A model generated the notes under the pieces. The model searched no databases. It was not told where the DNA came from and worked only from the letters and a program-made list of their open reading frames with translations. From the human T2T-CHM13v2.0 reference genome, Homo sapiens: 64,000 bases of DNA. Made by a program: the position numbers and the translations under genes. The DNA is taken from the NCBI RefSeq assembly GCF_009914755.1, contig NC_060930.1. One strand, 5' to 3'. Numbering within the stretch: position 1 is the first letter of the stretch; each line of letters begins with the position of its first letter. This document shows, in pieces, positions 13,411-28,373 of the stretch.

Positions 13411-13984
13411 CCATGGAAGGAATTTTTTCCTCTTCATGAGAGAGATACCTTTGTTCTTTGGCACTTCCATGGCAACTGGCCCAAGAGCCTCAAAGACGTT
13501 CTAGTTAAGTGACTTAATTAGCTAAAATGCTTAATGGTGGAGAGATGTCTACTGGGATTGGAAGGACTCCAAGTGGGATTCCAGACAATTCCAATGGCTG
13601 GGGATGATGAGGCTATTAAATGTTGTCAGCACATCACAGCTCTGGGAGGCAGCTCAGCTGATCAATAAACTAGTTAAAAAGCAAAAAGTGAAGAGTCTTT
13701 CAACTTTTAACCAAAGAGGGCATTAAATCCTTCCCACTTTGATCTCTTGACTCATTAGCTAATTTCCAACAGCCTAATGCCCCAGGGTAGCAGGATACTC
13801 CTTTCCCCCAACATCTTACAGTGCCCTTAGGCATCTGGAAGCCACCCAGCATGGCTAAATCACACATCCCTGAGAAAACTCTGGAGTCCCAGAGCCAAGG
13901 AACATCCAAAAAGCCAGCTGGGAAGTCTGAGAAATCTACTTGTTACTGCAGGGTCTACTAATTCAAGCAGATATGCACTAGAGA

Positions 13985-14099
13985 AAGCATGGTTGCAGCA
14001 TGTCTTATATGTAAATGGTGTTTAATGAGCAAATAGTGTTTAATAAGCAAAATGCTTATTAAGAACTACTTACATATAAGACACACTGCAACCATGCTT
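13985..14099. other. Long imperfect inverted repeat (hairpin)
   Basis: Left arm aagcatggttgcagcatgtcttatatgtaaatggtgtttaatgagca versus right-arm reverse complement aagcatggttgcagtgtgtcttatatgtaagtagttcttaataagca. Confidence 0.9.
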
Positions 14100-15768
14100 C
14101 TTATATTTTCAGAGGCAGCTACTGCAGCTGAAGAAAAAACATACTTTTTCTGTCACATTTGTTAGAAGACTTCATATTTATAAAAAATTTGATAGAAATA
14201 TAATGTGGGGCTCAGTCTGCTTTTGCTAAAACAAAATAAGGCAAAATACTTCGTTTGGGTTTATCAAAATAGTTATTTAAAATCTTCCTCTGACTGAAGA
14301 GCAGTCCTCCCTCCCTGGGAAGGTCATCCTATTCCAACCAGCCTCTGAGATCAATTGAGCTGACTTTGGTGAACAGTGGGTGTTATGGGTTCCTCCAGGC
14401 CATCCTGTGACCTGGTCATTTTTTTTGTGCAGCCACCTAGCTTCCATTCCCTCTTCTCATGGCCCTTTTACGTGCACAGTGTCCTGCCCTACCTTGCCAG
14501 AAATTGGGCAGAGAACCCAAGCTAGGTCAACCAAACTCTTTCCTGCAAGATCTGATTCTTGACTGCAGTGCCTTAAGGACAGAAAAGACTGCATCCATTC
14601 TAAGGACAGTGGCCAGGAAAAAAGCCTGGATGCTTTCTGCTATCTCACTGCCCAGAGCTGCCCTGGTTCCTGTTCTTGTCCCTCTCCTGGTTCTCCATCC
14701 TTCTGTCTATTATGTGAGCTTCTCAATATCTCTTCAATACATTACCTTTGTGCTTAAGGTGACCAAACTTGGTTTCTGTTGTTTACAACTAAAGAATCAT
14801 GATATAAACTCAGATCCTTAAGTGAAGATATTTTAAAGTTCAGAGTTACCATTATTTTAGGTTTATGACACAGTGTTCAGTTTAAAAAGAAAGATGCAAA
14901 ACCATAGGTACATTGATAGCTATTTGAATTAAAACAAAACAATTGTGTTAACAGAGAGTAAAAGAGTGCAAGAAAATATACTAATGCTGAGAGTGGTTAT
15001 GTTAAGAAAGGGGCATGGATCATTTCTCTTATTTTTCCTGCATTCTAAATTATTTGTGATATGGCACATTAATCATGGAAATATTAATTTATAATAAAGA
15101 AAATATAAAATGAGAATATGTTGTCTAGTATTAGAGAAAACATAGTATTGTGACCTTCTTAAAACGTTGCAAATGTATTACTTGGCCTCTTGTTCCAAAT
15201 TTCTAGTTCAATTTCCTGCCAGAATTCTCAACACACAGTAGCAGAGTCAACTCTTAATCAACTCTTAATCATCTAACGAAGAGCTGGGATGGCGTGGGCT
15301 CACAGCAATCGTCTCTCAGTAAGAACAACCACCCTGCAACACATTTTAGAACTAAGGATGAGTCACTCAAAAGTACGCTTGCTGGTAGGGTTTTACAAAA
15401 AGTCTTTCTTACCAGTAAATAGTGGAAGCCATGATACATGGGAGCCCACCAAAGTGAAAAGCCAGCTTTAATCCACAGAGATTTTAAGAGCTTAGGCAGA
15501 ACATTTCCTTCTTTTAGCTTAATTAATTCTAAATTAAGAATTTATTTAAAAATTGAAAAAGACAAGAAAGCTCATGCTTACTGTTTTGTTGAAGAATAAG
15601 CAGAAGAAGGAAGGTAAAATCTGAGTTGACTACATAATTTCCATGTTTGTTAATGTCTGCTTATATTTAAGCACGAGATCTTATTTCCCATGTGTATTAG
15701 TTTACAATGGCTGCTGTAACAAATCACCACGAACTTCATGGTTTAAAACAACACAGATTTATTGTCTT

Positions 15769-16474
<706 letters not shown>

Positions 16475-16569
16475 CTTAAGGTTCTGGAGGACAGAAATCC
16501 ACAATCAATCTCACAGTGCTAAAGTTAGCAAGGCTGGTTTCTTCTGGAGGCTCTAGAAGAAAATCTACC

Positions 16570-16930
16570 TGCTCTGGTTTGAATGTCCTCTTCAAAACTC
16601 ATGTTGAAATTTATTTGCTATTGTGACAATATTAAGAGGTGGGACCTTTAAGAGGTGATAAGATCATGAATTAGATCTGCCCTCATGAGTGGATTAATGA
16701 TGTTATCTCAAGAGTGGTCTCCTGATAAAAGGAGAAGTTGGTCTCCTTTCTCTCTCTACCTTGTTTGCTCTTCTGCCATGGGAGGATACAGCAACAAGGC
16801 TCTCACCAGATGTGGCCCTTTGATTTTGGACTTCCCAGCCTTGCAAACTGTAATCTGAATAAACATTTATTACTTACAAATTACCCAGATTATGGTATTC
16901 TGTTGTAGCAGCAGAAAACAAGTTAAGACA
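16570..16930 (+). mobile_element. Second MST-family MaLR LTR
   Basis: tgctctggtttgaatgtcc...ggtattctgttgtagcagcagaaaacaagttaagaca. Confidence 0.85.
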
Positions 16931-18399
16931 CCATCCCTGGCTTTTTCCATCTTCCAAAGGCTGTCCTCATTCCATGGCTCCAGGACTCCACATCATGTCA
17001 CCCTTTCTCCTCCTGCTTCCATCATTACATGGCCTTTTCTTGTCTGACTGTAACCTTCTTGCCTCTTATAAATATCTTATAAGGATCCTTGTGATTACAC
17101 TGAGCCCATGCAGATAATCCAGGATAATCTCCCTATGTCAAGATCTGGAACTTAATCACATCACAAAGTCCCTTTTGCAATGTAAGGTAACATTCACAGT
17201 TTCTAGGGATTAGGACATGGACTTTAGGGGAAGCGTAGCCATTATTCAACCCACCACACCATTGTATAGCAAAAATACTCTATTTGATTAAAATTAACAA
17301 ATACTGCTGAAAATATAGAGAACAAACATTTTTTAATTAGTAAAAATATGTTAATATCTGTCATGTGTGATAATTATACTGTAATGTGGCCAAAAAAAGT
17401 GCCCAAATTAGAGAGGGCTCATCTTTTAATAGCTTCATCCATTTTTCTGGTAGAGATGAATATTTAAGATAAACCAGTTTTTGTCTCATAGATATGAGGC
17501 CAGTAATTTTTTAATGATACAAATATATGTCTTAAAATTAACATATTGCTTGAGTCTTCTTGGCTTGATTAGTAATGTATCTATTTTATTGTAGGGATTC
17601 AGAATTTCTAATTGTTACTTATATTCTACATGCATGTCCTCTAACTTGTGTGATAAATGACAGATTCTGATCAGCATCCTTTCTACGGGTCTGAAGAGGA
17701 ACTACAAGGTGTTAAAGACAAGAATGTCACTCCAGCTTGCAGCACTGGTGCCTCAGCCCTTATCAATCTGGGACCCAATTAAGAACTAGAAAGTGAGCAG
17801 GAACAACATCTGAGCCTCCAGAGCAAGAGGTACTGATGCCCCCCAACCCAGCAGCCTGCATTCCATTTCCAGGAGCCCAGTGGGCTTCACACAGAGCCAT
17901 ATGGCTTTGACTTTAGGCAGCATTCTAATAAACATGATTATCTGATTCCCAAGGAGACAGAAGTTCATGGAGGTGTCAAGTTGGAGGTTGGGTCTTGTTG
18001 AGTGGAGTACTTTACTATAGGTGGACACAATGACCACAGCAACAGTGAGGTGATTAGGAAATATGTAGGAATATAAATGTGCACACACTCACACACACAC
18101 ATACACACAACAGACACACTTTCTGAGACTTGATTTCAGTAGATTAAAAAAAAAAACAACTCATGCCTCTGAACAAGTAAAGTAATTGTTCAAAAAGCTT
18201 ACTTTTCATTGCCTAAAAAGACCGGCTTTTTGGTTAATTATCCTTAAGAAAACAGGGAAGTGTTCAGATTATTTAAAAAAGAGTTTCATAAAAATTAAGA
18301 TATTTTTCCCTAATTTACTTAAAAGGATAAAGTCTCAACCATCCAGAAAACTTGGCTTTTCTAAATGATTTACTTTCTGGTATCCAGGTAGGTATAATT

Positions 18400-18711
<312 letters not shown>

Positions 18712-19346
18712 TAAATTTTTCATTAATTTGCATTCTACTCATTCAGAATTTTTGATAATTATATCTCAGCTGGACTAGCTAAATTTTGCCTTTGCATAAT
18801 CCACAAAGAAAGAGTTTGCCTAGCAAACTAATAACACAAATAAGACTTCAGAAAGATATATGTGGTCTGCTTATCTAAAAAACGTAAATAAAATCCTTTG
18901 AAATGTATTTATGCAAACAACCTTCTTAGATATGTATTTTCTGTTCATTACTCTTAATATGGAAACATCTCAATACAAGTTTCAGTGTATGTCAATTTTT
19001 TTAAGTATTTTTAAAATATATTTAGAATTTAGACTGACCACCTCAGTTTGTCCAAATTAATGACTCTGTCTCCCTGTGCATTATACTTTAATTAAATCAG
19101 TGGTGACTAATTTAACAAATAGTTGGAAAACTAAGCAAAGTGAAATGATTTTCTAAAGGCATAATAACCATTAATGACCACAGTTCAAGATATAAATTAT
19201 ACCTAAAAGGCTTCCTTTGTTAAGTTAAAAACATCAAACACCATTTTAATTGAGAAATTAAGTCTAATGTATTTAACACTCAGCAAAACTTACAAAAGCT
19301 TTATAAACATTTTCCAGTTATCCTAATTTTTCTTTCATAGACTTAC

Positions 19347-19376
19347 CTAAAAACAATGGGATAACAATTTTCATAT
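19347..19376 (-). other. Candidate 30-nt micro-exon
   Basis: Minus strand reads atgtttgtgatttacag|ATATGAAAATTGTTATCCCATTGTTTTTAG|gtaagt (consensus donor). Confidence 0.35.
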
Positions 19377-19789
19377 CTGTAAATCACAAACATCATAACC
19401 AACAGATCAAAAACTGAACTTGCAGGCATAGGAGAGTTTGAATGCGGTCTTGTGAGATAACCAAAGACTTATGGTCACACATAGATGCAGATAGAAACAC
19501 ATCTCTTAGGAGATGAACCCAGAAGGTTAAGGCCAGTATTTAACATTTTCGAATTTAAAGCTAGCTTAGCATCTTGCTACTTTATGTTCAGAAGAGTTTA
19601 TAAACAGTGATTGTATCTGATTACATAAACTATTTAAGTTAAATTTAGCCTAACAATTATTTTGCTTCCTCTAGCAACTGAATTTGGTCAATCCAACAGT
19701 TTATGACTAGATAGAAATTGGTTAATACCTTTAATTTCTGAACAATTGGTTATTTCAACTTTGGTTTAAAAGACAAAAAGCTTTGACAA

Positions 19790-19975
19790 AATAATATTCT
19801 ATCTTGGATTTGCATGGAATTTATCTGGGAGTGGAGATGGATTATTATGGATGAAACCAGATGGGCCATGAGCTGATAACTACTGAAGCTGGGTGATGCA
19901 TACACAGAGATTCCTTACAGCCTTCTCTCTACTTTTGGTATTTTGATATTTTCTGGCATAAAAAGGAAAAAACTA
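19790..19975 (+). mobile_element. Old L1M 3' fragment
   Basis: ggccatgagctgataactactgaagctgggtgatg...ctctctacttttg. Confidence 0.6.
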
Positions 19976-20097
19976 TTTGTATTGAAGACAGTTGAAAGAA
20001 AACAAGACAATACTAGTTTAGCTAGCTGGGCAAAGTCAGCCCACTTGCTGTTTTGATATGATTAGGTCCAAAGAATTCCTGGGTGAACAACTGTGAG

Positions 20098-20402
20098 ATT
20101 TCTTTCTTTCTTTTTTTTGGAGACATGGTCTCATTCTGTCACCCTGGCTGGAGTGCAGTGGTGCGATTATAGCTTACTGTAGCCTGAACCTCCCAGGCTC
20201 AAGTGATCCTCCCACCTCAGCCTCCTGAGTAACTGGAACAATAGCCATGCACCACCATGTCTGGATAATTTTTTAATTTTTTGTAGAGATAGGGTTTCAG
20301 CATGTTGCCCAGGCTGGTCTCAAACTCATGGGCTTCAGCAATTCTTCCACCTTGGCCTCCCAAAGTGCTGGGATTATAGGTGTGAGCCACCATGCCGGGC
20401 CT
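20098..20402 (-). mobile_element. AluJb-like
   Basis: Antisense dimeric Alu with J diagnostics. Confidence 0.93.
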
Positions 20403-21071
20403 GGGATTTCCATATAATAATAATTCTGGGATTTTTCAAGCCATCCTCATCCTCCTTGGATGGGAATTGACCATGATTCAGTATTTGATTTCTAGTGAAA
20501 ATGGGCACATATGAACAAGTACACCTACACCTGTACATTTAAAAACATGTAATTATACCCCTACGTTGTTCTCAGAAGGATTCAAGATATTTGTGCACAT
20601 GAGAAATAAAACTTAAATTAGTTTTGCCATTTAGAATTTCTCTCCCTAAAATAAAGTTCATGAATATGTATTTTATATTTGCATAAAAAAGGCAAACACC
20701 TTGTCATGAGACCCTTTTGTTCAGTTGGCTCACATCACTCAAGCTCACGATGAGAGACTTTCCTATTTACACACAGAATGTTCAACTGCTTTTGATTGAA
20801 ATCTGATTAAGATCACAAAAGTTGCCCCAGTAGGAATTTTACTTTTCTTCAGTGACATCCACTTGAAATTCTCATTTCATGACTCCTTAGATTGTTTTTG
20901 GTCATGGAAGTGGGGACCCACACCTTGTACCCATATGCATTTGAGTGCAGCAGTTCTAACCTCTCTGATAGGAAGGTACTTTCTGCTAGGGACTTATCTG
21001 CATTCTCCTTTGTCATCTCATCACCTATCACCAATAAAAGTCTTGGAATCAAAAAGTAGGAAGAAATTTCC

Positions 21072-21378
<307 letters not shown>

Positions 21379-22189
21379 GAAATTTCCTGGCTAAACTAGA
21401 GCAAAAGGAGCCAAATCACCAAAGATGACTTAGACAATTCAAAGGCTAAAAAGTTGGAGGAAAAAATGTTCTGTTCAAGCAACACAAGCAGGGATATTAT
21501 CCTATTCCACCCACTTAGAATCAGTCTGCAGACTGAATACCACTTGGCCGAAATTCTCCTGTTTGTCTGCAGGCAATTGGAGCTTGAATGCCTAGGTGAC
21601 ACAGCAGGGCAGGGCACACTTCAGGAATGAACACTCCAGCCTGAGACTCAGGGACTAGAGGAACAGGGGGAATTCATTTCAAACAAAGGTCTCCTGGAAT
21701 AAGGAGTTACAATCACATGTTTTTTTAATTCAACATGATTAGACAGCTTTCAGTGCTAAGCAGGTTGAGAATTTAAGGATACCTAAACCCTGGTGTGCAT
21801 CTTCACTGTGCCTTTGAGACCCACAACGTGTCCTATCACTAAGGTCAATTCTTATTACATATGCTTGGGAACATTTAATAGATCCATCAATGGGAGCAAT
21901 GAAAAGTTTGCAAATGTGATGAACAGTTTCCCCAAGAGCCATTTGGAACAGCCTAGGAAATTAGTTCTAAGCATGCAGATTAGAGATAATTCTCCAAATT
22001 ACTTGTGACATGTTAACGTCAGTCCTGTCCCCAAACTCTCCCCATTGGCTTTCTTGATTGTCTACCCCACTAATGGGTCAGGTACAAGGCAGGTGCTTTA
22101 GATCCCTGCTTGGCCCCCAGCCTTCCTCTCTATGTTTAGATCAGCCACCAGGCAGGTGCTTTAGCCTCCCTAGGCTGCATTTAATAACT

Positions 22190-22460
22190 ACCTAGACACT
22201 GCTTAAAGCTCCTGATGCTCAGGTGGAACCCCAGACTAATTAAACTCAGGTGGAACCCCAGGCTAATTAAATCTACCTAGGATAGAACCCAGGCATCAGC
22301 AGTTTTTTAAACTCCCCAGATGATTCCAATATACATCCAAGTTTAAAAGCCAATACTTCAGATATATAATCTCATTTAATCTTTAAAACAACCCTGTGAG
22401 GTGAATATTTTTCCAACCCTCTTTTATACAGGAAGAAATAGGCTCAGAGAGGTTTTGAAT
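22190..22460. mobile_element. MER5-type hAT MITE (with an internal 27-bp tandem duplication) followed by a MIR fragment
   Basis: cccaggcatcagcagttttttaaactccccagatgattccaat; atctcatttaatc...aacaaccctgtgagg...aggctcagagagg. Confidence 0.7.
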
Positions 22461-24040
22461 TTTATAGGTAGTATCTAACCTATATTAGTTACTAAAATGC
22501 TGATCCTGATGTATCAAAACTCAATGACACAGCAACAGAAGCAAAAAGCAGGAGCTCTGTTAATAAAACCCAGGAAAGAACTTTTCAAAAGGGGAGGAGG
22601 TTGGGATGTTCTGGACATTGGGTTATGATGACACTATGGTGCCTTACTCCCATGCCTTGAAGCCTGTCTCTTGTCTGAATGTCAGATTGATGGCATTGGA
22701 CCAAAATGATTATTATCTGGTTAGGACTTGAAGGATGGAAGCTATTTGTCTCGAAGAGGAAGAAATTGTCCTTATTAACAAACAGGATGTCAGTGGGAAA
22801 AGAAACTTTTTTAAATCTCAATTTGGGGGTTTTAGGAGTCCATAGTTCTTTAAGGATGGTCTGGGTAGTAAACTGGCACATGCCTCAGTGAGGCAGGCTG
22901 GGGGTCAACCAGTGAGGCACTTTGTAAATCTGGCTATGTAGCCTAATCCTTGGGGAGACATTTTAAAATATTTCAGTTTCCAGGCCTCACTCTAGTTCTA
23001 CAAACCATTTTCAAAGAGTGGAATAGAAATATGTCTTCTATAAAGCTCTCCTACAAGAAAATCACTCAGCTAGGGGACCATAGGCTGAAGACGAACAAGC
23101 TGTGTTTTATGAGGCTAAATAACAATAGCGTCCTCTCTGTGTTTAGTTCCCTTTTGTCCCTCAGCCCACAGCACAGCCTTGCTTAGACATTCAGCCTGGT
23201 CTAGTGTGTCCTATTAGCTGCATGTCCATTCACATGTCAGAATATGAAAAGTGGCCGAAGTGGTATCTGTGAGGCTTCCCTTCAGAAATTAAGTCAAAGA
23301 AAAACCTGGTTCCGATCCTGGCAGTTACTATAGGCTTAGACAACAATCTCCAACCCTCAGAGCACTGGCTTCCTGATCAGTTAAATAATAAGTGAATAAA
23401 GAATGCATGTAATACATATAAGACAATGCTTACTGGTGCCTAATACACGAAATTTTTTAAAAACCTAGCTACCTTACCTATGTGGCGAGAAGTAAAGGGT
23501 CTCTCTTCACTGCCAGCTTTTTGCTATAAAATGCAGCAATTTCCTCCCATCTCCGGTCAAGGCGAGCCAGGCACAGGTGGAGGATATTAACAATAATTGG
23601 GCCATGTGGGCGGCCCATGGGAACTAGGCCCAGGTCATGCATTAGACATTTACAAAAATACAAACTTGCATTTGAATGATGGAGGATTTATTTTTCATAT
23701 TTCATAATAGGTCTATGTTGTAGAAAATGATTCAAAGTTGGATTTCTTCAATCAGCCCCCCTACTGTAAGATAAAACTTGTCTACATAAAGCTTTCTCCG
23801 GAAATCATCTCCAGAATTAGAGAAGACCCAGCATTTACCTTTATGAAAGATATTTCCAAATATAAAACCAAGTGCAAAGATGAATTGTATGCTGGGAGCT
23901 CTACCAGCTCTCATTTTCCAGCTCTTCTCACTAATTTGCCCTTTAATGTACACCCAAACCACCAGAAGTTATCATATTCAGCAACTCTTTATTGTATCTG
24001 CTATATGGCATTGGGATAGATGATGGGGCTGGTTTTGAGC

Positions 24041-24401
24041 TGTGATGGTTTGGCTCTGTGTCCCCACCCAAATCTTACTTTCAATTGTAATAATCCCCAT
24101 GTGTTGTGGGAGGGACTTGATGGGAGGTAATTGAATCACAGGGGCAGGTCTTTGCCATGCCATTCTCATGATAGTGAATAAGTCTCACAAGATCTGATGG
24201 TTTTATAAAGGGGAGTTCCTCTAAACATGCCCTCTTGCCTGCCACCATGTAAGATGTGCCTTTGCTTTTCTCTTTTGCCTTCTGCCATGATTGTGAGGCC
24301 TCCCCAGCCATGTGGAACTGTGAGTCCATTAAACCTCTTTCCTTTGTAGATTTACTCAATCTTGGGTGTCTTTATTAGCAGCGTGAGAACAGACTAATAC
24401 G
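24041..24401 (+). mobile_element. THE1B/C-like MaLR solo LTR
   Basis: atggtttggctctgtgtccccacccaaatct...ccagccatgtggaactgtgagtccattaaacctc...gaacagactaatac. Confidence 0.92.
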
Positions 24402-24479
24402 GGTGAGAGTGGAAAAATCAGGATACATGAAGAGAAATACAGCATTCTCCCTGCCAGAAGAGCCAACCAGTCTAGTTAC

Positions 24480-24985
24480 AATAAGCCTATCTCCCTTCCA
24501 TGGCTCCGAGGCCCCACACCATCTTTCCTGCTCTCACTGGCCTCACCTCCTACCATTCTCCCCTTGCTCCCTCTCTCCCACCTCACTGGCCCCTTGGCTC
24601 TTCCTTGGTCCCAGCTTGTTCCTACTTCAAGACCTTTGCCACGTGGCCCACTCTGCCTAGATGCCCCCCTACCGTGCCCACTGTGCACAGACACTACTTC
24701 TTGGATTGGAGGGGTCTGAGCACTAATGTCACCTCTTCTGGAAGGCCCTTTCCTGACCATTTGGTTCAAATTGGCATCCCCTTTCCTCTTCTCTCAGTCC
24801 CTTGTTGAATTCCTTCATGGTGTAAAACTTCTTACCATTTATTACTGTTTTATTTATTTGTCTGTTAGCTGAGATTTTATTTATCTCTCTCACAAGAATG
24901 CAAATCCCATTGCAGTATTCTAAGTGTTTGTAATGTGTGGTTGGTGCCCAACAAAGACTTTTACATAAATGAATGAGTAGCAAGT
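24480..24985 (+). mobile_element. L2 LINE 3' fragment
   Basis: aatgtcacctcttctggaaggccctttcctgacca...ttacataaatgaatgag. Confidence 0.75.
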
Positions 24986-25384
24986 TACATAGCAAAGGAA
25001 GAGGAAAGATTCAAAATTAAAGAAATTAGAGATTAGAGTTCAGAGGTGGAAGAGACAGCCCCCCTGGTGCTGAGATAAGATGGCTGGGATACCTTTTCTG
25101 AATGGTAAAAGGCTGACACTTTCCCTAGACTTGTAGGAATGGGTGTTGGCCACATCCCTCATGGTCATATCCCTAGTGGTCTCTTGGCAGAAAGCCACAG
25201 GGATAATCATCTAATAAGCCAGTTGATGTTTGGGGGTATCTCAATAAGATGCCAGAAAACAGTGTAGTGTTTTCAGGTCCCCTGAGTCCCACTTTATCAA
25301 CATGAAGTTGACTCTGAGGAGCCCAGCAAGAGGGGCCCTGAGAGGCCACCCCTTAGGGCCTACATTATCCTTGCTCTCATGTGA

Positions 25385-25570
25385 ACAATAACAGCTCACA
25401 TTTATTGAGCACCTATTTATGTGCTAGGCATTAGTATTATCAGTTAATGCCCACAGCAACCCTTACTCGGGAAACTGAGTCAGTTAAGTGACTTCCTAAG
25501 GTCACCTGAGCTAGGAATTGATAACACTGGGTTCAATCCAGGCATCCAACTGCAGAGCCTGTTCTCAGAG
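25385..25570 (-). mobile_element. MIR
   Basis: aataacagctcacatttattgagcacct...ggaaactgagtcagttaagtgacttcctaaggtcac. Confidence 0.8.
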
Positions 25571-25911
25571 ACCCTGAAAGATGCTGCCTCCCAAAGCTGT
25601 TCATACACATCGCCGGATGGTTTTACTCCCAACCACTCTAGCCCAAGTGGAGTTTGCTAAATATTTAAAAGCCATTCTTTAGTTTGACAACTATTTTGGG
25701 CAACTCTATTAACCTTTTCTTTTGAGAAAGTGGGAGTGCAGTTAATTTATCTATGACAGTGGTGTGGTCTTCACACACACTATGATGTTTTTAACAATCT
25801 GATTATTCAACACTTTTCCCAGGACAGGATCTTACCCAGCTTTGGGGGCCACATGGTCGATCTGCTGATTTGCTGAAAGTCTTCAGAGATGTCCTTCCAC
25901 CACTTGACAAA

Positions 25912-25937
25912 TCCTCCTCCTCCTCCTCCTCCTCCTC
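25912..25937. repeat. (TCC)8 trinucleotide repeat
   Basis: Seen directly. Confidence 0.9.
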
Positions 25938-26646
25938 TTTCTCGACACGCTGCCTTTGGATTTCTTCCCCACCTTGGCTAGTGTACAATCTCAAATTAAA
26001 ATGCCAGCTGGAAGACTGGCACACACAGTCACACACCAAAAGCTCACGTGGAAGTGTCAAGTGCTGCTATTACTGAGAGATCGCTGGTAGCATGCAAGGG
26101 TGGCAAGGCACAAATCTTCAGTCTTTCTCTTCCTAAGTGATGCAGAGGCATAAAAGCACAACTTGACTGAAAACTCAGAAGTGGTGTTGTGGCTCTTGTT
26201 TGATGTTGACATCCAGTTGTTGGGACTGTCCATACAGTGTGCGGGTGAGTGTGTGTCTAGGAAGGGGACAGATCCTTTTGGCTAACTGTACAGAACATGG
26301 CAATATCAACATCTGGGTCTGTTAGGAAAGAGTTTGGAGAGATAAGAGCCCCCTGTTTTTTCTTCTCCACATGGGTGACAGCTCACACAGGAACCAGGTA
26401 GGCCCAGAGCTGCTTTTCATCTCAAAAGTCTTTGTTCTGATAAAATCTACATAAAAGTTTTAAAGGATCCCACTGTGGTATTCCACACAGTGTTACAGAA
26501 TACTATATTTCCCCTCAAAATGTGTGCTTCCTTAGGTCTGTTGCAATTCAAAACCAGATTGTTTTACCTTCATCAGCCAACAGAAAAATATAAAATCATT
26601 GATGGCCAACTTCTAGAAAGCCACTAAAAGACATTTTTAATTTTAG

Positions 26647-26802
26647 GTGAAGTATCAAATAGTACCCTTTTTGCCTCCTGTTTGCTTTTTGTGACAAAGT
26701 CATTCCAACAAGTTATTTCGAAGACATTTCTAAAAGCCTGTGACCAGAAACAGGCAGAACTGAATCTTCTTACTGAACAAGAACGTTCATATGCACCTTG
26801 AG
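26647..26802 (+). other. Candidate 156-nt exon (or terminal exon)
   Basis: cactaaaagacatttttaattttag|G...GAG|gtatgt; phase-1 frame open for 50 codons, then TGA; AATAAA at 26856. Confidence 0.3.
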
Positions 26803-26869
26803 GTATGTTATCCGGGGTCACCTTGAGGTGGAAATCAGATGCTGGCATGACCAGTAATAAAAGATGTCA

Positions 26870-27425
26870 GATCCTGAATACAGTTACTTCATTGGGTGAT
26901 TGTTACATTTTCTTTGGAAAACAGTTTTGCATAATCTACGAATTTTGGACATACCCATGTCTTATGCCCCAACCATTTTCATTCCCATGGAATTAGAATT
27001 TCCCAAGGTACATTCTAGGCATTATAGTTCTATCAAATGCTTCAGATATGCAGACATGTGCAAAAATGTTCACAGCAGCACTATTTGTAAAGGTGAAAAC
27101 ATAGAAACTGCCATCATGTCTCTCAACAGTAGAATAAATTGAGATCTAGTCACACAATATAATTCTATACAGCAATGACAGTGAAAAACTACTGCTACAC
27201 ACCCCATCGTGGACGAATGTCACACACACACAGTGTTGAAGAAGGAAGCCATACACAAAGGCATACGTATTGTTTGGGTCCCTTTATATAACAAAGGTCA
27301 AAGTCATGACCAGTGACAGATACACTAGTGTTCACTTTGCCATCGATAATTGGGCTATATATTTGTGTTTGGCCTGTTTTTTCACATGTGAGTTATATTT
27401 CACAATAAAAAATGACTTTTTAAAG
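26870..27425 (+). mobile_element. Old L1ME/MD 3' end
   Basis: aaaaatgttcacagcagcactatttgtaa...tatatttcacaataaaaa. Confidence 0.7.
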
Positions 27426-28068
27426 AGAAAATGAATAGGGAGGAACTAAAGTCCATGCATATGTCCATATTCTCAATTTGGGAAAAAATGTGGCTTTGTC
27501 TTCATCCTCTTTTCCTGAGTGTATAAGGCCAGAAGCCAAAGGCAAGAGCAGGACATTCCAGGAGCCTTTATGATTGCTCTAAGTCACATCTGCTCTCGAG
27601 CTCCCATTCCACTGTGAAAAATACCTAGTCTTGAACTTTGGAGTTCCAAATTCCACATGATCGACTTCCTCAAGGCTTTTCACTTGACGAACAAATTGCA
27701 TGCCAAGAAATCGTCAAAATTCTATCAAGCTTAATTATGCAATTTCTGTCTATAAATGACATACCTCCTGTACCCTATGACACCCACCTATGCACTAATA
27801 AGATGTGACAGCTGCATCACCAACAAAGCCTCCCCCGCCTGCCATTCTCTTCGGAGGTGAGCACCTCCTGCTCGGGAGGAACTGACAGGCCCTTTCAGAA
27901 ATGTGAAGGCAGTGAAGTCCCAAACCAGAAACAGTGTGACCACCTAGGCTCACCCAAGGACCGTCCTGTGCTTCTGGGCAACCAATGGATGTAGGGGGTT
28001 AGGAGGCAGTGGGGATTCGTCACGTTTTCACCTTTCACACCAAAACGCATTCCTGTTGGAAGTTGTAG

Positions 28069-28373
<305 letters not shown>

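Noticed and set aside
25803-26076. Poly-Glu, poly-Ser or poly-Arg ORFs
   Set aside because: Explained by the (TCC)8 microsatellite; no domain similarity recognised.
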